From assembly GCA_900317845.1 (NCBI GenBank), contig ONII01000006.1, positions 15,172 to 79,171 on the forward strand: a DNA stretch of 64,000 nucleotides. The letters are read 5' to 3'. The translations under genes were made by a program, and so were the position numbers. Under the pieces are notes generated by a model that worked only from the letters and a program-made list of their open reading frames with translations, did not search any database and was not told the origin of the DNA. Positions 9,140 to 19,770 of this stretch are shown piece after piece. Origin of the DNA: an uncultured Bacteroidales bacterium. GTDB taxonomy: Bacteria; Bacteroidota; Bacteroidia; Bacteroidales; UBA932. The stretch's first letter is position 1, and every line of letters begins with the position of its first letter.

Positions 9140-10186
9140 ATGAAGAAAAGAATTGCACTTTGTTTAGCGGCTGTGTGTGCCTGTGTGCCTGTTTTCGGGC
9201 AAGCACAGGACCACACGGCCGATTCCCTGCGTCATATCTTTGGCCGGCAGGAGGTGAAAACCAACACCCGCATGGGCACCAAGTATGCGGATACGCTGGA
9301 TACCGGGAATCCGGCTGTCAAGGTGGTGCTGTACGACAATGGCACCTATCGGTACGTAAAGGACCCCTCTGCCGTAGCCGATACCACCTTGTTCACGGAG
9401 TTCTGGGACGAGCGTGCAGTAAACCCGTATCATCAGTCCCCGGATCCTATTCCGGACCAGTTCTCCATTTGGGTGCTGGATTCCCTGGATACCTATTGCT
9501 GTCCCTACCAGACTACCGTTCGTTCCAAGTTCGGGTATCGCCACGGCCGCCGGCACCAGGGCGTAGATTTGCCCTATCCCACCGGTACGCCCGTTCCGGC
9601 CGCTTTTTCCGGCAAGGTCCGTATTTCGGACTATGTGGGAGGCTACGGCAACCTAGTGGTTATACGCCATGCCAGCGGCCTGGAAACCTTCTATGCCCAT
9701 CTGTCCAAGCGCAACGTAAACACGGGGGATTGGGTGAGCGCAGGCGATATCATCGGCCTTGGCGGCTCTACGGGGCGTTCCACCGGACCGCACCTGCATT
9801 TCGAAACCCGTTACCGGGGGGCGGCATTCGATCCTTCCTGGCTTATCGACTTTGAGACCGGCACGCTGCGGCATCGCCTGCTCAAAGTGCGCAGCTGGTA
9901 CTTCAATCCCAACCAGCGCTATGTCCAGAACGTGGACGACGAAGACGAGATTTTCCGTACGGATGAGGAAGACCGCATCCTGGCAGAGCAGAAAGCCAAG
10001 GAAGAGGCTGCTGCCCGCGCCCGCGCAGAGGCTGCTGCGCAGAAGTACCATACTATCCGCAGCGGCGACACCTTGTCCGGCATCGCCAAGAAGTATCATA
10101 CCACGGTAAGGCGCATTTGTGCGCTCAATCCCGGCCTTACGGAGAGGACGGTGCTCAAGCTGGGCCGGAAAATTCGCGTGCGCTAG
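9140..10186 (+). CDS. M23 family peptidase with C-terminal LysM domain
   Basis: HQGVD, YAHLS, STGPHLHFE motifs; HTIRSGDTLSGIAKKY LysM. Confidence 0.92.
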   Translation: MKKRIALCLAAVCACVPVFGQAQDHTADSLRHIFGRQEVKTNTRMGTKYADTLDTGNPAVKVVLYDNGTYRYVKDPSAVADTTLFTEFWDERAVNPYHQSPDPIPDQFSIWVLDSLDTYCCPYQTTVRSKFGYRHGRRHQGVDLPYPTGTPVPAAFSGKVRISDYVGGYGNLVVIRHASGLETFYAHLSKRNVNTGDWVSAGDIIGLGGSTGRSTGPHLHFETRYRGAAFDPSWLIDFETGTLRHRLLKVRSWYFNPNQRYVQNVDDEDEIFRTDEEDRILAEQKAKEEAAARARAEAAAQKYHTIRSGDTLSGIAKKYHTTVRRICALNPGLTERTVLKLGRKIRVR

Positions 10187-10741
10187 CTATTTGAGTTTGG
10201 AATTGTAGTGAGGATGAACTTTTCCTTTCTGTATGTTCTGCAGTTTGGAAGAGATCATCTTCTTGCGTATAGGGGCGGCATGGTCCGTGAACAGGTCCCC
10301 GTCCAGGTGCGACAACTCGTGCTGGATCATGCGGGCGGCAAAGTTGTCAAACTCCTCCGTTACCTGCTGTAAATCCTCGTTGTAGTACCGTACGGTCATC
10401 TTTTTGGGACGGACTACGTCGCAGTAGACGCCGGGAATGCTCAGGCAGCCTTCCGAATAAGTGACTTTTTCCTCGCTCTCTTCCAGAATTTCCGGGTTGA
10501 TGAGCGTGCGGCGGAACCCCTTCAGGTAATCATAGGTGTCCGACACTACGTCGCCGTCCACAATGACCACACGGAGGCTCACGCCAATCTGGGGAGCGGC
10601 CAGGCCGCAGCCGTCCGCCACCACCAGGGTGTCCTTGAGGTCTTGCACCAGGGCTTGGATGCCCGCTTTGTCACTGAGGTCTGCCGGAGCAGCCGTTTTG
10701 CGCAGGACTTCTGCGCCGTACAGGTAGATGGGTTTTATCAT
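10187..10741 (-). CDS. def: Peptide deformylase
   Basis: GCGLAAPQIG, EGCLS, QHELSHLDG motifs. Confidence 0.96.
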   Translation of the reverse strand: MIKPIYLYGAEVLRKTAAPADLSDKAGIQALVQDLKDTLVVADGCGLAAPQIGVSLRVVIVDGDVVSDTYDYLKGFRRTLINPEILEESEEKVTYSEGCLSIPGVYCDVVRPKKMTVRYYNEDLQQVTEEFDNFAARMIQHELSHLDGDLFTDHAAPIRKKMISSKLQNIQKGKVHPHYNSKLK

Positions 10742-11223
10742 TTTTTTCTTCTTGTCTTGTTCATGGACAAACTGTCGGGTACGGCCGAAGGGTCTACGCT
10801 CAGGGTGCCGCCGTTTTCCCGGTCCAGGTAACTTTGCAGGATGATGGCGGCCGATATCTTGTCCACTTCCTTTTTGTCCCGGCGCTGGGAGGCTTTCATG
10901 CCGCCGTCTATCATGATGCGGTGGGCCAGCACGGATGTAAACCGTTCATCTTCAAGGGTGACGGGCGTGTCCGGGAATGCTTTTTCCAGTTGTTTCAGGA
11001 AGGCTTGCACGTCCCCAAGGGCCTCCGAAGGGCTGCCGTTCATGTTTACCGGGTAGCCCACTACAAAGCGAAGGATTCTCTCGCGGATGGCGTAATTTTT
11101 GATATAATCTATTAACTTTGTAGAATCAACTGTTTCCAGGGCAGATGCAAAGATGCCAAGAGGATCACTGACCGCCAGGCCGGTTCTCCTTTTTCCGTAG
11201 TCTATGCCAAGAATTCTGTCCAT
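10738..11223 (-). CDS. ruvX: Holliday junction resolvase-like/pre-16S rRNA nuclease YqgF (RuvX)
   Basis: ILGIDYGKRRTGLAVSD, DERFTS, VDKISAAIILQSYL. Confidence 0.94.
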   Translation of the reverse strand: MDRILGIDYGKRRTGLAVSDPLGIFASALETVDSTKLIDYIKNYAIRERILRFVVGYPVNMNGSPSEALGDVQAFLKQLEKAFPDTPVTLEDERFTSVLAHRIMIDGGMKASQRRDKKEVDKISAAIILQSYLDRENGGTLSVDPSAVPDSLSMNKTRRKK

Positions 11224-11250
11224 TTACAGTTTGCAAATATACGAATAATT

Positions 11251-12093
11251 ATGGATAAAGCAGATAAGAAGGCCAGTAACTTGCGTCTCACCCTGTTGGA
11301 TGCCACCTCCCATGAGCGGCTCTGGAGTCTCCGGTTTTCCCGGACCCACTTCATCATTGCCAATATCTCCCTGGTTGTGGTGGTGTTCCTGGCGATTTTC
11401 TGCCTTATCGCGTTTACGCCCATCCGCACCTTCATTCCCGGTTACCCCAACGCCCAGTCACGCCGGCAGGCCGTCCAGAATGCGCAGCGTATAGACTCGC
11501 TGCAAACGCGCATTCTGCAGTGGGAACTGTATACGGAAAATCTCAGGCGCGTGGTGGCGGGGGAGGACCCCATTCGTCTGGACACCCTTATGCTGGGCCG
11601 GGAAGGCTCGCGGGTGGTGTCGGATGCCCGCTACCTGGCCATCCGGGATTCCCTGCTTCGGGCCGATGTCGTCCAGGAAGAGCAATTTGGCCTGTCGTCT
11701 GCCCGGCGGCGGAACCTGCCCATCGAGGCAATGGCCTTCTACACGCCCGTAAAGGGGGTTGTTTCCAAAGGCTTCGACCGCAGTCTGCATCCCTGGGTGG
11801 ATGTTACGGCGCCCGTGGGCAGCCCGGTGATGGCGGTCCTGGATGGGAGTGTGGTATATACCTCCTGGTCGCAGGACAGTGGCTACACCCTGGTGCTCCA
11901 GCACGGAAGCGACCTTCTGTCCATTTACAAGAACAACCAAAAGCTGCTTCACAAAACCGGAGATGTCGTAAAAGCCGGCACGCCGGTGGCCATGCTGGCA
12001 TCGTCCACCTCGCTTACAAAAGGGGACCACTTGCATTTTGAGCTGTGGTACAAGGGCGTGGCTGTGGATCCGGCACAGTACATAAAATTTTAA
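11251..12093 (+). CDS. M23 family peptidase-domain membrane protein
   Basis: N-terminal TM segment, coiled coil, C-terminal M23 domain ending HLHFELW; typical position upstream of dxr. Confidence 0.85.
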   Translation: MDKADKKASNLRLTLLDATSHERLWSLRFSRTHFIIANISLVVVVFLAIFCLIAFTPIRTFIPGYPNAQSRRQAVQNAQRIDSLQTRILQWELYTENLRRVVAGEDPIRLDTLMLGREGSRVVSDARYLAIRDSLLRADVVQEEQFGLSSARRRNLPIEAMAFYTPVKGVVSKGFDRSLHPWVDVTAPVGSPVMAVLDGSVVYTSWSQDSGYTLVLQHGSDLLSIYKNNQKLLHKTGDVVKAGTPVAMLASSTSLTKGDHLHFELWYKGVAVDPAQYIKF

Positions 12094-13233
12094 ATGAAGA
12101 CTATTGCAATATTGGGGTCCACGGGATCCATCGGAACGCAGACGCTGGACGTAGTGCGGCAGCACCCGTCCCGCTTCTCCGTGTTCATGCTATCGGCCAA
12201 TAACAATGCAGAGCTGCTGGTGCAGCAGGCGCTGCAGTTCCATGTGCCGCATGTGGTCATTTGCAATCCGGACAAATTTGCGCAGGTAAAGGCCGCGCTG
12301 CCGGGCGTGCAGGTGCATCTGGGCATAGACGCCGCCTGTGAACTGGTGCAGGCGCCGGAGGTAAACGTGGTGGTGGCCGCCATGGTGGGCTTCAGTGGGC
12401 TTAAACCTACGCTCGCGGCTATCCGCGCCCGGAAAACCCTGGCCCTGGCCAACAAGGAAACCCTGGTGGCCGCCGGCTCGCTGGTGATGGGGGAGGCCGC
12501 CCGTTGCGGCGCCTGCATATATCCGGTAGATTCGGAGCATTCGGCCATCTTCCAATGCCTGCTGGGTGCGCAGGGAAATCCCGTGCGCCTGATTCATCTC
12601 ACCGCTTCCGGCGGCCCGTTCCGCACCTGGCCGCGGGAGCAGATTGCCACCGCCACCAAGGCGCAGGCGCTCAAGCATCCCAACTGGGATATGGGGGCCA
12701 AAATCACCATCGACTCGGCTACCATGATGAACAAAGGCTTCGAGGTCATTGAGGCCAAATGGCTGTTCCAGGTGCCGGCTGGTAAAATCCATGTGGTGGT
12801 GCACCCGGAGTCGGTCATTCATTCCATGGTGGAGTTTGTGGACGGCGCGGTCATCGCCCAATTGGGCTGCCCGGACATGCGGCTTCCCATCGCGCTGGCC
12901 ATGGCATACCCGGAACGCCTTCCGCTGGATGGTAAACGCCTGGATTTCAGCGCACTCAAGGACCTGACCTTCTTTGAACCGGACCGGGAAAAGTTCCCCT
13001 GCCTGCAACTGGCCTTCGACGCCATCGAGCGGGGCGGAAACATCCCCTGTGCCATGAATGCGGCCAACGAGGCTGCCGTGGCCGCGTACCTGAAAGACCA
13101 AATCGGCTTTTACGACATTCCGGCCATCATCGGCAACGTGATGGCAGCAATTCCTTTTATCGAGAACCCTTCGCTGGAGGCCATCTTCGCCACGCATGAG
13201 GAGGCCTTCCGCAAAGCCCAGGAACGCCTATGA
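12094..13233 (+). CDS. dxr: 1-deoxy-D-xylulose-5-phosphate reductoisomerase
   Basis: ILGSTGSIGTQ, LALANKE, PVDSEHSA, HPNWDMGAKITIDSA. Confidence 0.97.
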   Translation: MKTIAILGSTGSIGTQTLDVVRQHPSRFSVFMLSANNNAELLVQQALQFHVPHVVICNPDKFAQVKAALPGVQVHLGIDAACELVQAPEVNVVVAAMVGFSGLKPTLAAIRARKTLALANKETLVAAGSLVMGEAARCGACIYPVDSEHSAIFQCLLGAQGNPVRLIHLTASGGPFRTWPREQIATATKAQALKHPNWDMGAKITIDSATMMNKGFEVIEAKWLFQVPAGKIHVVVHPESVIHSMVEFVDGAVIAQLGCPDMRLPIALAMAYPERLPLDGKRLDFSALKDLTFFEPDREKFPCLQLAFDAIERGGNIPCAMNAANEAAVAAYLKDQIGFYDIPAIIGNVMAAIPFIENPSLEAIFATHEEAFRKAQERL

Positions 13234-14567
13234 GCCCCGTACTGATGAAAATCCTTCAGGTTATCCTGGCGCTTTCGGGCCTCATACTTATCCATGAGGC
13301 CGGCCATTTTGCGTGGGCGCGCCTGTTCCGGATCAAGGTGGATAAGTTTTTCCTTTTCTTCGATGTGGGAGGCGTCAAACTCTTCTCCACCCGCAGGGCG
13401 TGGTTCCGGAAGCTGGTGCCCGCTTCGGAGCGCTGGGAAACGGAATACGGTATTGGCTGGCTGCCCCTCGGCGGCTATTGCAAGATTGCCGGCATGATAG
13501 ACGAATCCATGGATACGGAGGCCCTCAAGCAGCCCCCGCAGCCTTGGGAGTTCCGCACCAAACCGGCCTGGCAGCGCCTGCTGGTGATGAGCGGCGGCGT
13601 GCTCAACAATTTCCTTCTGGCTATTGCGCTTTTTATTGCCATCCTGGCTATCTGGGGCAGCAATTATATGCCCAACAACAGCCCGGTATACGTAAATGAG
13701 CTGGGCGAGGAACTGGGTTTCCGCACCGGGGACCGCATCCTTAAAATGGACAATTATGTCCCGGACGATTTTCTCTCGCTGCAGGCCGACCTTGCCCGTC
13801 GGCAAGTGGAGAAAGTAACCGTCCTCCGCGGAACGGATACCCTGACGCTGTACATGGACCAGTCGCTGATGGGGGAGGTGATCAATTCGCCCGGCCTCTT
13901 TGACATCGCCCTGCCTTTTGTGGTGGACAGCATTATGCCTTCGTCGCCCAATTATGCTTCCGAACTGGCCATCGGGGACCGGATCGTGGGGCTGGACGGG
14001 GCCGATACCCCCTATCTGCAGGATGCCCAGAAAGTGCTGCGGGAACATCCCGGCGAGCGCATTCCCGCGGAAATCGTCCGGGGGGCCGATACCCTGGCCA
14101 TCACCCTGCAGGCAGACAGCCTGGGCATGCTGGGCGTGTTTTTCCGCAATCCCGCCCTGCAGCACCGGACCTATTCCATCCTTGAATCGGTGCCTGCCGG
14201 TTGCGCCTTGGCCTGGGACTCGGTGAGCGGGTATCTTCGGGACCTCCGCCTGGTGGCAACGCCTTCTACGGGCGCCTACAAATCCGTGGGCAGTTTTGTC
14301 GCTATCGGCCAGGTGTTCCCTTCCCGGTGGAACTGGCACCAGTTCCTTTATATCCTGGCCATGCTCTCCATTATGCTGGCCGTAATGAATCTTTTGCCCA
14401 TTCCGGGCCTTGACGGCGGACACATTGTGTTCTGCCTGTACGAAATGCTTACGGGTCGCAAACCCAGCGACCGCTTCCTTACCATCGCGCAGCTCATTGG
14501 CATGGCCCTTTTGCTGCTGCTTATGTTCCTGGCCTTTGGCAACGACATCTCACGATTAATTCATTAG
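13230..14567 (+). CDS. rseP: RIP metalloprotease RseP
   Basis: HEAGH, GWLPLGGY, NLLPIPGLDGG; PDZ region. Confidence 0.95.
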   Translation: MSPVLMKILQVILALSGLILIHEAGHFAWARLFRIKVDKFFLFFDVGGVKLFSTRRAWFRKLVPASERWETEYGIGWLPLGGYCKIAGMIDESMDTEALKQPPQPWEFRTKPAWQRLLVMSGGVLNNFLLAIALFIAILAIWGSNYMPNNSPVYVNELGEELGFRTGDRILKMDNYVPDDFLSLQADLARRQVEKVTVLRGTDTLTLYMDQSLMGEVINSPGLFDIALPFVVDSIMPSSPNYASELAIGDRIVGLDGADTPYLQDAQKVLREHPGERIPAEIVRGADTLAITLQADSLGMLGVFFRNPALQHRTYSILESVPAGCALAWDSVSGYLRDLRLVATPSTGAYKSVGSFVAIGQVFPSRWNWHQFLYILAMLSIMLAVMNLLPIPGLDGGHIVFCLYEMLTGRKPSDRFLTIAQLIGMALLLLLMFLAFGNDISRLIH

Positions 14568-14569
14568 TT

Positions 14570-15577
14570 ATGAAACTCCATTTTACCCGAATCCTCGCGT
14601 TTGCCCTTTGCGTGTTGGCGTTTGCAGGATGTAAAAGCGGCAATAAAAAAGCCTTGCTCCCCAACGTGAGCGGAAAAGCCGGCGAAGTGCTGGTGGTGAT
14701 TGAGCGCGAACAGTGGGAAGGCAACCTGGGCGTGGCCATCCGCGAAGCGCTGGCCATGGATACCCCGTACCTGGCACAGCGGGAGCCCCTTTTCGCGGTC
14801 TCCAACGTGCCTCCGGGCAGTTTTACCAATATGTTCAAGATGCACCGCAACTTGCTGGTGGTGAACATAAACCCGCAGAATGCCACCAATGGCGTCCTGT
14901 ATAAGAACAATGTGTGGGCGCAGCCCCAGGCCGTTGTGCAGCTCAATGCGGCCGATGCAGAACAGGCCCTGGAACTGTTCCGGGAAGCCGGCGTAAAGCC
15001 GGCGGAGTTCTTTGAGCAGTCGGAGCGCGACCGTGTCATCGCCAACGCCAAGCTCTACGAGGAACGGGCCCTGCAGCCGCCCATGGAAAAGGTGACGGGC
15101 GGCATCATCCATTTCCCGTCGGGCTACCGCTGCCGCATGGCAACGGACGACTTTGTGTGGATGGCCGACGAAAAACAGTACGTCCAGCAGTATGTGATGG
15201 CATACAAATATCCCGTTGGCGGTGACGATGTCTTCTCGCTGGAAAACATCATCCAGAAGCGCAACGAGGTAATGAAAGCCAACGTGCCGGGCATGTTTGA
15301 GGGCTCGTACATGACCACCTCTACGGCACAGGAACCCACTACGCGCTCCCTGCGTTATCGGGGACGCGCCTTTATGGAAACCCGCGGCTTCTGGGAGGTG
15401 CACGGAGACTTTATGGGCGGTCCTTTTGTGTCGCACTCCTTCTACAGCCCGGACGGAAATGATATCATTGTCCTGGAGGCGTTTGTCTTTGCTCCCCGCT
15501 ACGACAAGCGCCAGTACCTGCGTCAGGTAGAGTCCCTGCTGTACTCTTTTGAGTGGAAAACCGATGATAATCAATAA
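14570..15577 (+). CDS. DUF4837-like lipoprotein
   Basis: Lipobox AFAGC, GKAGEVLVV, MGGPFVSH, FVFAPRYDKR motifs resemble this Bacteroidetes family. Confidence 0.7.
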   Translation: MKLHFTRILAFALCVLAFAGCKSGNKKALLPNVSGKAGEVLVVIEREQWEGNLGVAIREALAMDTPYLAQREPLFAVSNVPPGSFTNMFKMHRNLLVVNINPQNATNGVLYKNNVWAQPQAVVQLNAADAEQALELFREAGVKPAEFFEQSERDRVIANAKLYEERALQPPMEKVTGGIIHFPSGYRCRMATDDFVWMADEKQYVQQYVMAYKYPVGGDDVFSLENIIQKRNEVMKANVPGMFEGSYMTTSTAQEPTTRSLRYRGRAFMETRGFWEVHGDFMGGPFVSHSFYSPDGNDIIVLEAFVFAPRYDKRQYLRQVESLLYSFEWKTDDNQ

Positions 15578-15580
15578 ATT

Positions 15581-17800
15581 ATGAAAAAATTTTTGTATGT
15601 AATGGCCTCCCTGGCGCTGCTGTTTTCTGGCTGCACCCGGGAACTGGAAACCCGTCTGAGTGATGTGGAGACCCGCCTGGCCAAAGTGGAAGACCAGGTG
15701 AAGGAACTCAATTCCCAGGTGAGTCTCATTCAAAACCTAATTAATGGAAAATACTTCATCCAGAGTGCTACTGAGCTCCCGGACGGCTCCGGCTATAAGC
15801 TGGTCCTGGTGGACAAGGACGGAAACTCGTTGGAGAAAACCGTACTAAACGGAAAGGACGGGGCGGATGGCGAGGACGGCGTGAGCCCTACTGTTGGTGT
15901 CAAGAAGGATACCGATGGCAACTACTACTGGACACTCAATGGCGAGTGGCTGCTGGTGGGCGGAGAGAAAGTCCGCGCCAACGGGCAGGACGGAGCTAGT
16001 GGAAAAGACGGCAAGGATGCCCCTCAGACGCAGTTCAAGGTGGAAGACGGCAAATGGTACGTAAAGGTGGGCGATGGCGCCTGGACCTACGTAGGAGAGG
16101 CCGCTACACTCATTCAGGGGCCCATCGCTTCCATTGATGCTTCCGGGGCCGATGTCGTGGTGATAACCCTCACGGACAATACCGTGCTGGAGCTCCCCAA
16201 GGCTGCGGTTGCCGTCAAGCTCCAGATTCTGGTAGATGATGCGGCATTCCAAAACATGACGGCCGGACAAACCCAAAGTGCTCCCTATGAAGTGAAAGCC
16301 CCTGCCGGCGTTACCTATACGCTGGATTCCTATGAGCCCGAGAATTGGAAAGTGACCCTTTCGGACCCCAAGGACAACAAGGGCATTGTGACCATCAGCG
16401 TTCCTGCTGCCGGAAAATCGGCCAAAGTACTCCTGATTGCTAATGGCAGCGACGGAAGCAGCTATGCCAAGGTCCTGCACATCGAGGTGGAAGGCAGCGG
16501 GGAAGAGGCCCCGGTGGTGCTGCAGGAAATGGTGGACGCTACGGCGGGTAGTATCGACCTTCCTGCCGGCGCCACGGATGTGGCTTTTACGGCAACCTGG
16601 ATTGCCTTGTCCGGCAATCAGCTCCTCATTGCCACCAACGATACCTATGATGCCCGCATGGCTACGGTGTCGTTCAAGGTAGGGGAGAAGAGCTATGTCC
16701 TTACGGTCATGCAGGCGCAGAAGGATGCGATTGTCCTTACGGAAAATGCGTTGCAGGTAAGCGCGGCGGGGGAGGAAATCCCGTTTGTGATTAAGGCCAA
16801 TGTAACCGTGGAGGCGGCCTCCAGTGTGGAATGGATTACGGTAGCGCCCGCCACCAAAGGCCTGGAAGACAAACCGTTCACGGTGAAGGTGGCGGCCAAT
16901 GAGGCTACGTCGCCCCGTGAGGGCACCATTACCTTCTCCTCGGGAGAACTCCAGCAGGTAGTGACGGTGACGCAGGAAGGCACGGGGCCTGTTCTCCCTC
17001 CTGTAGCCGGCGTCTTTGAACTGCTGACGGATGCATCGGAACTGCAGGCCGGGGACCAGCTCCTGCTTGTGAATCAGGCAAAAGATTATGCCATGGGCGC
17101 TCAGAGTGGTAATTTCCGCAGCCGCGTTTCCATCACGATTGTGGACGATACTGTTTCCGATCCCGGAGAAGGGGTGGTTGTGATTACCCTGGAGGGCGAG
17201 GAGGGCGCCTGGAACCTGAAGGTGTCGGATGGTTATCTGGCGGCTCAGTCTTCCGCCAAGAATTATTTGGTTACGGTTGATTCCGTAACCGATTATGCCA
17301 CCTGGAGCATTGCGCTGGATGGCCAGGGACTTGCTACGCTCACGGCCGCTAACGGTGGCCGCAATACCCTTCTGTATAACTCGCAGAGTGGCAATGAAAG
17401 GTTCAGCTGCTATGCCAATACGGGCAACACAACCAAAGAGGTGCTGATTTTCCACAAGGCCGGTACCCCCGCAACGCCCGTAACGCAGTACGATGCCCTG
17501 GGCCTGTACCTGGGCAAGCAGGAGCGCGTTTACCAGGCCGGTATAGACCAGTATGTCCGCTCTTATGACGGCAGCGCCCTGCAGTTTGTGCTCCTGGAGC
17601 CCCAAGGCAAGGAGCAGGTGAAACTGAGCGGCTTTACCACGGCGCTACAGCCCGGAGATGCCGTCACGGTTTCTGTGGACTGGAAGAAAGACAAAACCCA
17701 GGTGCTGGAGAAAGCCTATCCCATGACCGTCCTCAAAGACCAGGAGGGCAAATTGTGGATCGGTGATGCCAAGGGGAGAGGTGTAATTATTAGAAAGTAA
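15581..17800 (+). CDS. Multidomain surface lipoprotein (DUF4988-like N-terminus with GKDG repeats, BACON-like domains, probable beta-trefoil-like domain)
   Basis: Lipobox LFSGC, coiled coil, GKDGADGEDG, YYWTLNGEWL; SSVEWITV...ANEATSPREGTITF...VTVTQ BACON pattern. Confidence 0.68.
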   Translation: MKKFLYVMASLALLFSGCTRELETRLSDVETRLAKVEDQVKELNSQVSLIQNLINGKYFIQSATELPDGSGYKLVLVDKDGNSLEKTVLNGKDGADGEDGVSPTVGVKKDTDGNYYWTLNGEWLLVGGEKVRANGQDGASGKDGKDAPQTQFKVEDGKWYVKVGDGAWTYVGEAATLIQGPIASIDASGADVVVITLTDNTVLELPKAAVAVKLQILVDDAAFQNMTAGQTQSAPYEVKAPAGVTYTLDSYEPENWKVTLSDPKDNKGIVTISVPAAGKSAKVLLIANGSDGSSYAKVLHIEVEGSGEEAPVVLQEMVDATAGSIDLPAGATDVAFTATWIALSGNQLLIATNDTYDARMATVSFKVGEKSYVLTVMQAQKDAIVLTENALQVSAAGEEIPFVIKANVTVEAASSVEWITVAPATKGLEDKPFTVKVAANEATSPREGTITFSSGELQQVVTVTQEGTGPVLPPVAGVFELLTDASELQAGDQLLLVNQAKDYAMGAQSGNFRSRVSITIVDDTVSDPGEGVVVITLEGEEGAWNLKVSDGYLAAQSSAKNYLVTVDSVTDYATWSIALDGQGLATLTAANGGRNTLLYNSQSGNERFSCYANTGNTTKEVLIFHKAGTPATPVTQYDALGLYLGKQERVYQAGIDQYVRSYDGSALQFVLLEPQGKEQVKLSGFTTALQPGDAVTVSVDWKKDKTQVLEKAYPMTVLKDQEGKLWIGDAKGRGVIIRK

Positions 17801-17806
17801 CTGACT

Positions 17807-19594
17807 ATGAAAAAGATAGCTTCCATTTTAATTCTTCTCGCCTGCAGCCTTAGCCTGCTGGCAAAGCCCGCAAAGCCCGGTTTCTTCCGCTATACCCAGC
17901 CGGACGGCAGCACCATCCTGATTCAGCGTCATGGCGACGAATGGGGCCACTGGACCACCAACCAGGCCGGCCAGGTGGTTCGTATGGACGAGAACGGTTT
18001 CTACCGCGTGGTGGAGGGTGCTACGGTGGAAATGGCGGCGCAGGCTGCCACTATCCGCCGCAAAGCGATGCGGCAGGTGGCGTCGGCGGCCCGTCCCAAG
18101 GCGCCTGTCGCTATAGGCCAGAAACATTTCCTGGTGGTGTTGGTGGAGTTCGCCGACCTTTCTTTCAAGATTGCTTCTCCCAGGCAGGCCTTCAGCGATA
18201 TGCTCAACGAGCCCGGCTACAGCGCCAACGGCGCTACCGGGAGTGCCCGCGACTATTATTACGAGAACTCCCACGGCGTTTTTGAACCCATCTTTGACGT
18301 ACTGGGCCCCGTCAAGCTCTCGCAGAAGATGTCCTACTACGGCAGCAACGACGCCCAGGGCAATGACAAGTATCCGGAGCAGGCCGTAAAAGAAGCCTGC
18401 GAGGCCCTTGATGCAACGGTAGATTTTTCCGAATACGATTTGGACGCGGACAACGATGTCGATTTGGTTTACATGGTTTATGCCGGTAAAGGGGAAGCCG
18501 ATGGCGGCTCCGAAAACACCATCTGGCCGCACCAGTGGTACCTGACCGCTGGCGGAATATATCTCACGCTGGATGGCAAGCGGGTGGACCGGTATGCCTG
18601 CGGCTCCGAGCTCAACGGAAGCGGAACCATGGACGGCCTTGGCACCATCTGCCACGAGTTCGGCCATGCCATGGGCCTGCCGGATTTCTACGACACAGAC
18701 TACTCGGACAATGGCCAGGCGCGCACGCTCATGGGCTATTCCCTCATGGACAGCGGTTCGTATAATAACGACGGCTGGACGCCGCCTTACCTGAACATGG
18801 AAGAACGCATCCTGATTGGCTGGCTGGAAGAAAGCGCCATTCTGGAATTCCCCAAGAACGGGGCCTATACGCTCGAGAGCGTGCAAAACGAGGTGTGCTA
18901 CAAGATTCCTACCGATATGGAAGGGGAGTACATCCTGCTGGAATGCCGCAGCAAACAGGGCTGGGACCAGTACATTCCTGCCGCCGGCCTCATTGCCTAC
19001 CATGTGGATAAAAGCTCCCGGAAAGTAAGCATTTCCGATATGGGCTCTATCTCCGCCTCTCAGCTCTGGAGCGAATGGGACGCATCCAATGCCATCAACG
19101 AGAATGGTAAGCATCCCTGCTTCTATGTAGTGGCATCGGCCGCTCCGTACGACTGTTCCTATGGCATGCAGTATTATTCCCAATATGGCGCCTATTACTA
19201 TACGGCCGACGATACGGACATTCCGTTCCCGGGCGGGAGAAATGTAACTTCCTATGCTCCCAAAAGTTGGAACAAGGTGGCAACAGCCATTTCCCTGTCG
19301 GAGATAGCCTATTCCGGCAACAAGGCTTCTTTCAAGGTGAGCGGCGTGGTGAATGCCGGCCTGGATTTCCCGTATATCCCCAGTGCCGGGAACTATACGG
19401 CCGGGCAGAGTTTCCCGCTTTCGCTGGAACTGCCGGACGGCTACGTGGCAACGGCCGTTGCGTGGACCCTGGACGGTGCATCCGTTTCCGGGGAGTCCAT
19501 TACCCTTACGGCTGGTTCCCATGTGATTGAGGCCGAGGTGACAGGGGAGAGCGGCAAAAAGGATATCGTGACCCTGGAAATTACGGTCCAGTAA
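17807..19594 (+). CDS. M6 family (immune inhibitor A-like) secreted metalloprotease
   Basis: Signal peptide, TQPDGS...GDE, LVVLVEFAD, IWPH, CHEFGHAMGLPDFYD, LMDSGSYN. Confidence 0.92.
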   Translation: MKKIASILILLACSLSLLAKPAKPGFFRYTQPDGSTILIQRHGDEWGHWTTNQAGQVVRMDENGFYRVVEGATVEMAAQAATIRRKAMRQVASAARPKAPVAIGQKHFLVVLVEFADLSFKIASPRQAFSDMLNEPGYSANGATGSARDYYYENSHGVFEPIFDVLGPVKLSQKMSYYGSNDAQGNDKYPEQAVKEACEALDATVDFSEYDLDADNDVDLVYMVYAGKGEADGGSENTIWPHQWYLTAGGIYLTLDGKRVDRYACGSELNGSGTMDGLGTICHEFGHAMGLPDFYDTDYSDNGQARTLMGYSLMDSGSYNNDGWTPPYLNMEERILIGWLEESAILEFPKNGAYTLESVQNEVCYKIPTDMEGEYILLECRSKQGWDQYIPAAGLIAYHVDKSSRKVSISDMGSISASQLWSEWDASNAINENGKHPCFYVVASAAPYDCSYGMQYYSQYGAYYYTADDTDIPFPGGRNVTSYAPKSWNKVATAISLSEIAYSGNKASFKVSGVVNAGLDFPYIPSAGNYTAGQSFPLSLELPDGYVATAVAWTLDGASVSGESITLTAGSHVIEAEVTGESGKKDIVTLEITVQ

Positions 19595-19655
19595 AAAAGT
19601 TGGTACAGGGACACAAAAAGATGAGAAATAATTTTGGAGGGAAAAAATTTTTTCT

Positions 19656-19663
19656 TACCTTTG
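19656..19663 (+). promoter_or_regulatory. Bacteroidetes -7 promoter box (TACCTTTG) for tRNA-Glu-rpsT
   Basis: Matches TAnnTTTG, 13 nt before the tRNA 5' end. Confidence 0.75.
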
Positions 19664-19676
19664 CAGTCCCAAGTTT

Positions 19677-19751
19677 GGTGGGTTCGTATAACGGTTAGTA
19701 CTCGGGATTTTCATTCCCGCAATAGGAGTTCGATTCTCCTACCCACTACCA
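19677..19751 (+). tRNA. tRNA-Glu (TTC) with encoded CCA
   Basis: Acceptor GGTGGGT/ACCCACT, anticodon arm CGGGA-TT-TTC-AT-TCCCG, T-loop GTTCGATTC. Confidence 0.96.
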
Positions 19752-19770
19752 AATATAAAAAAGTAAAATA

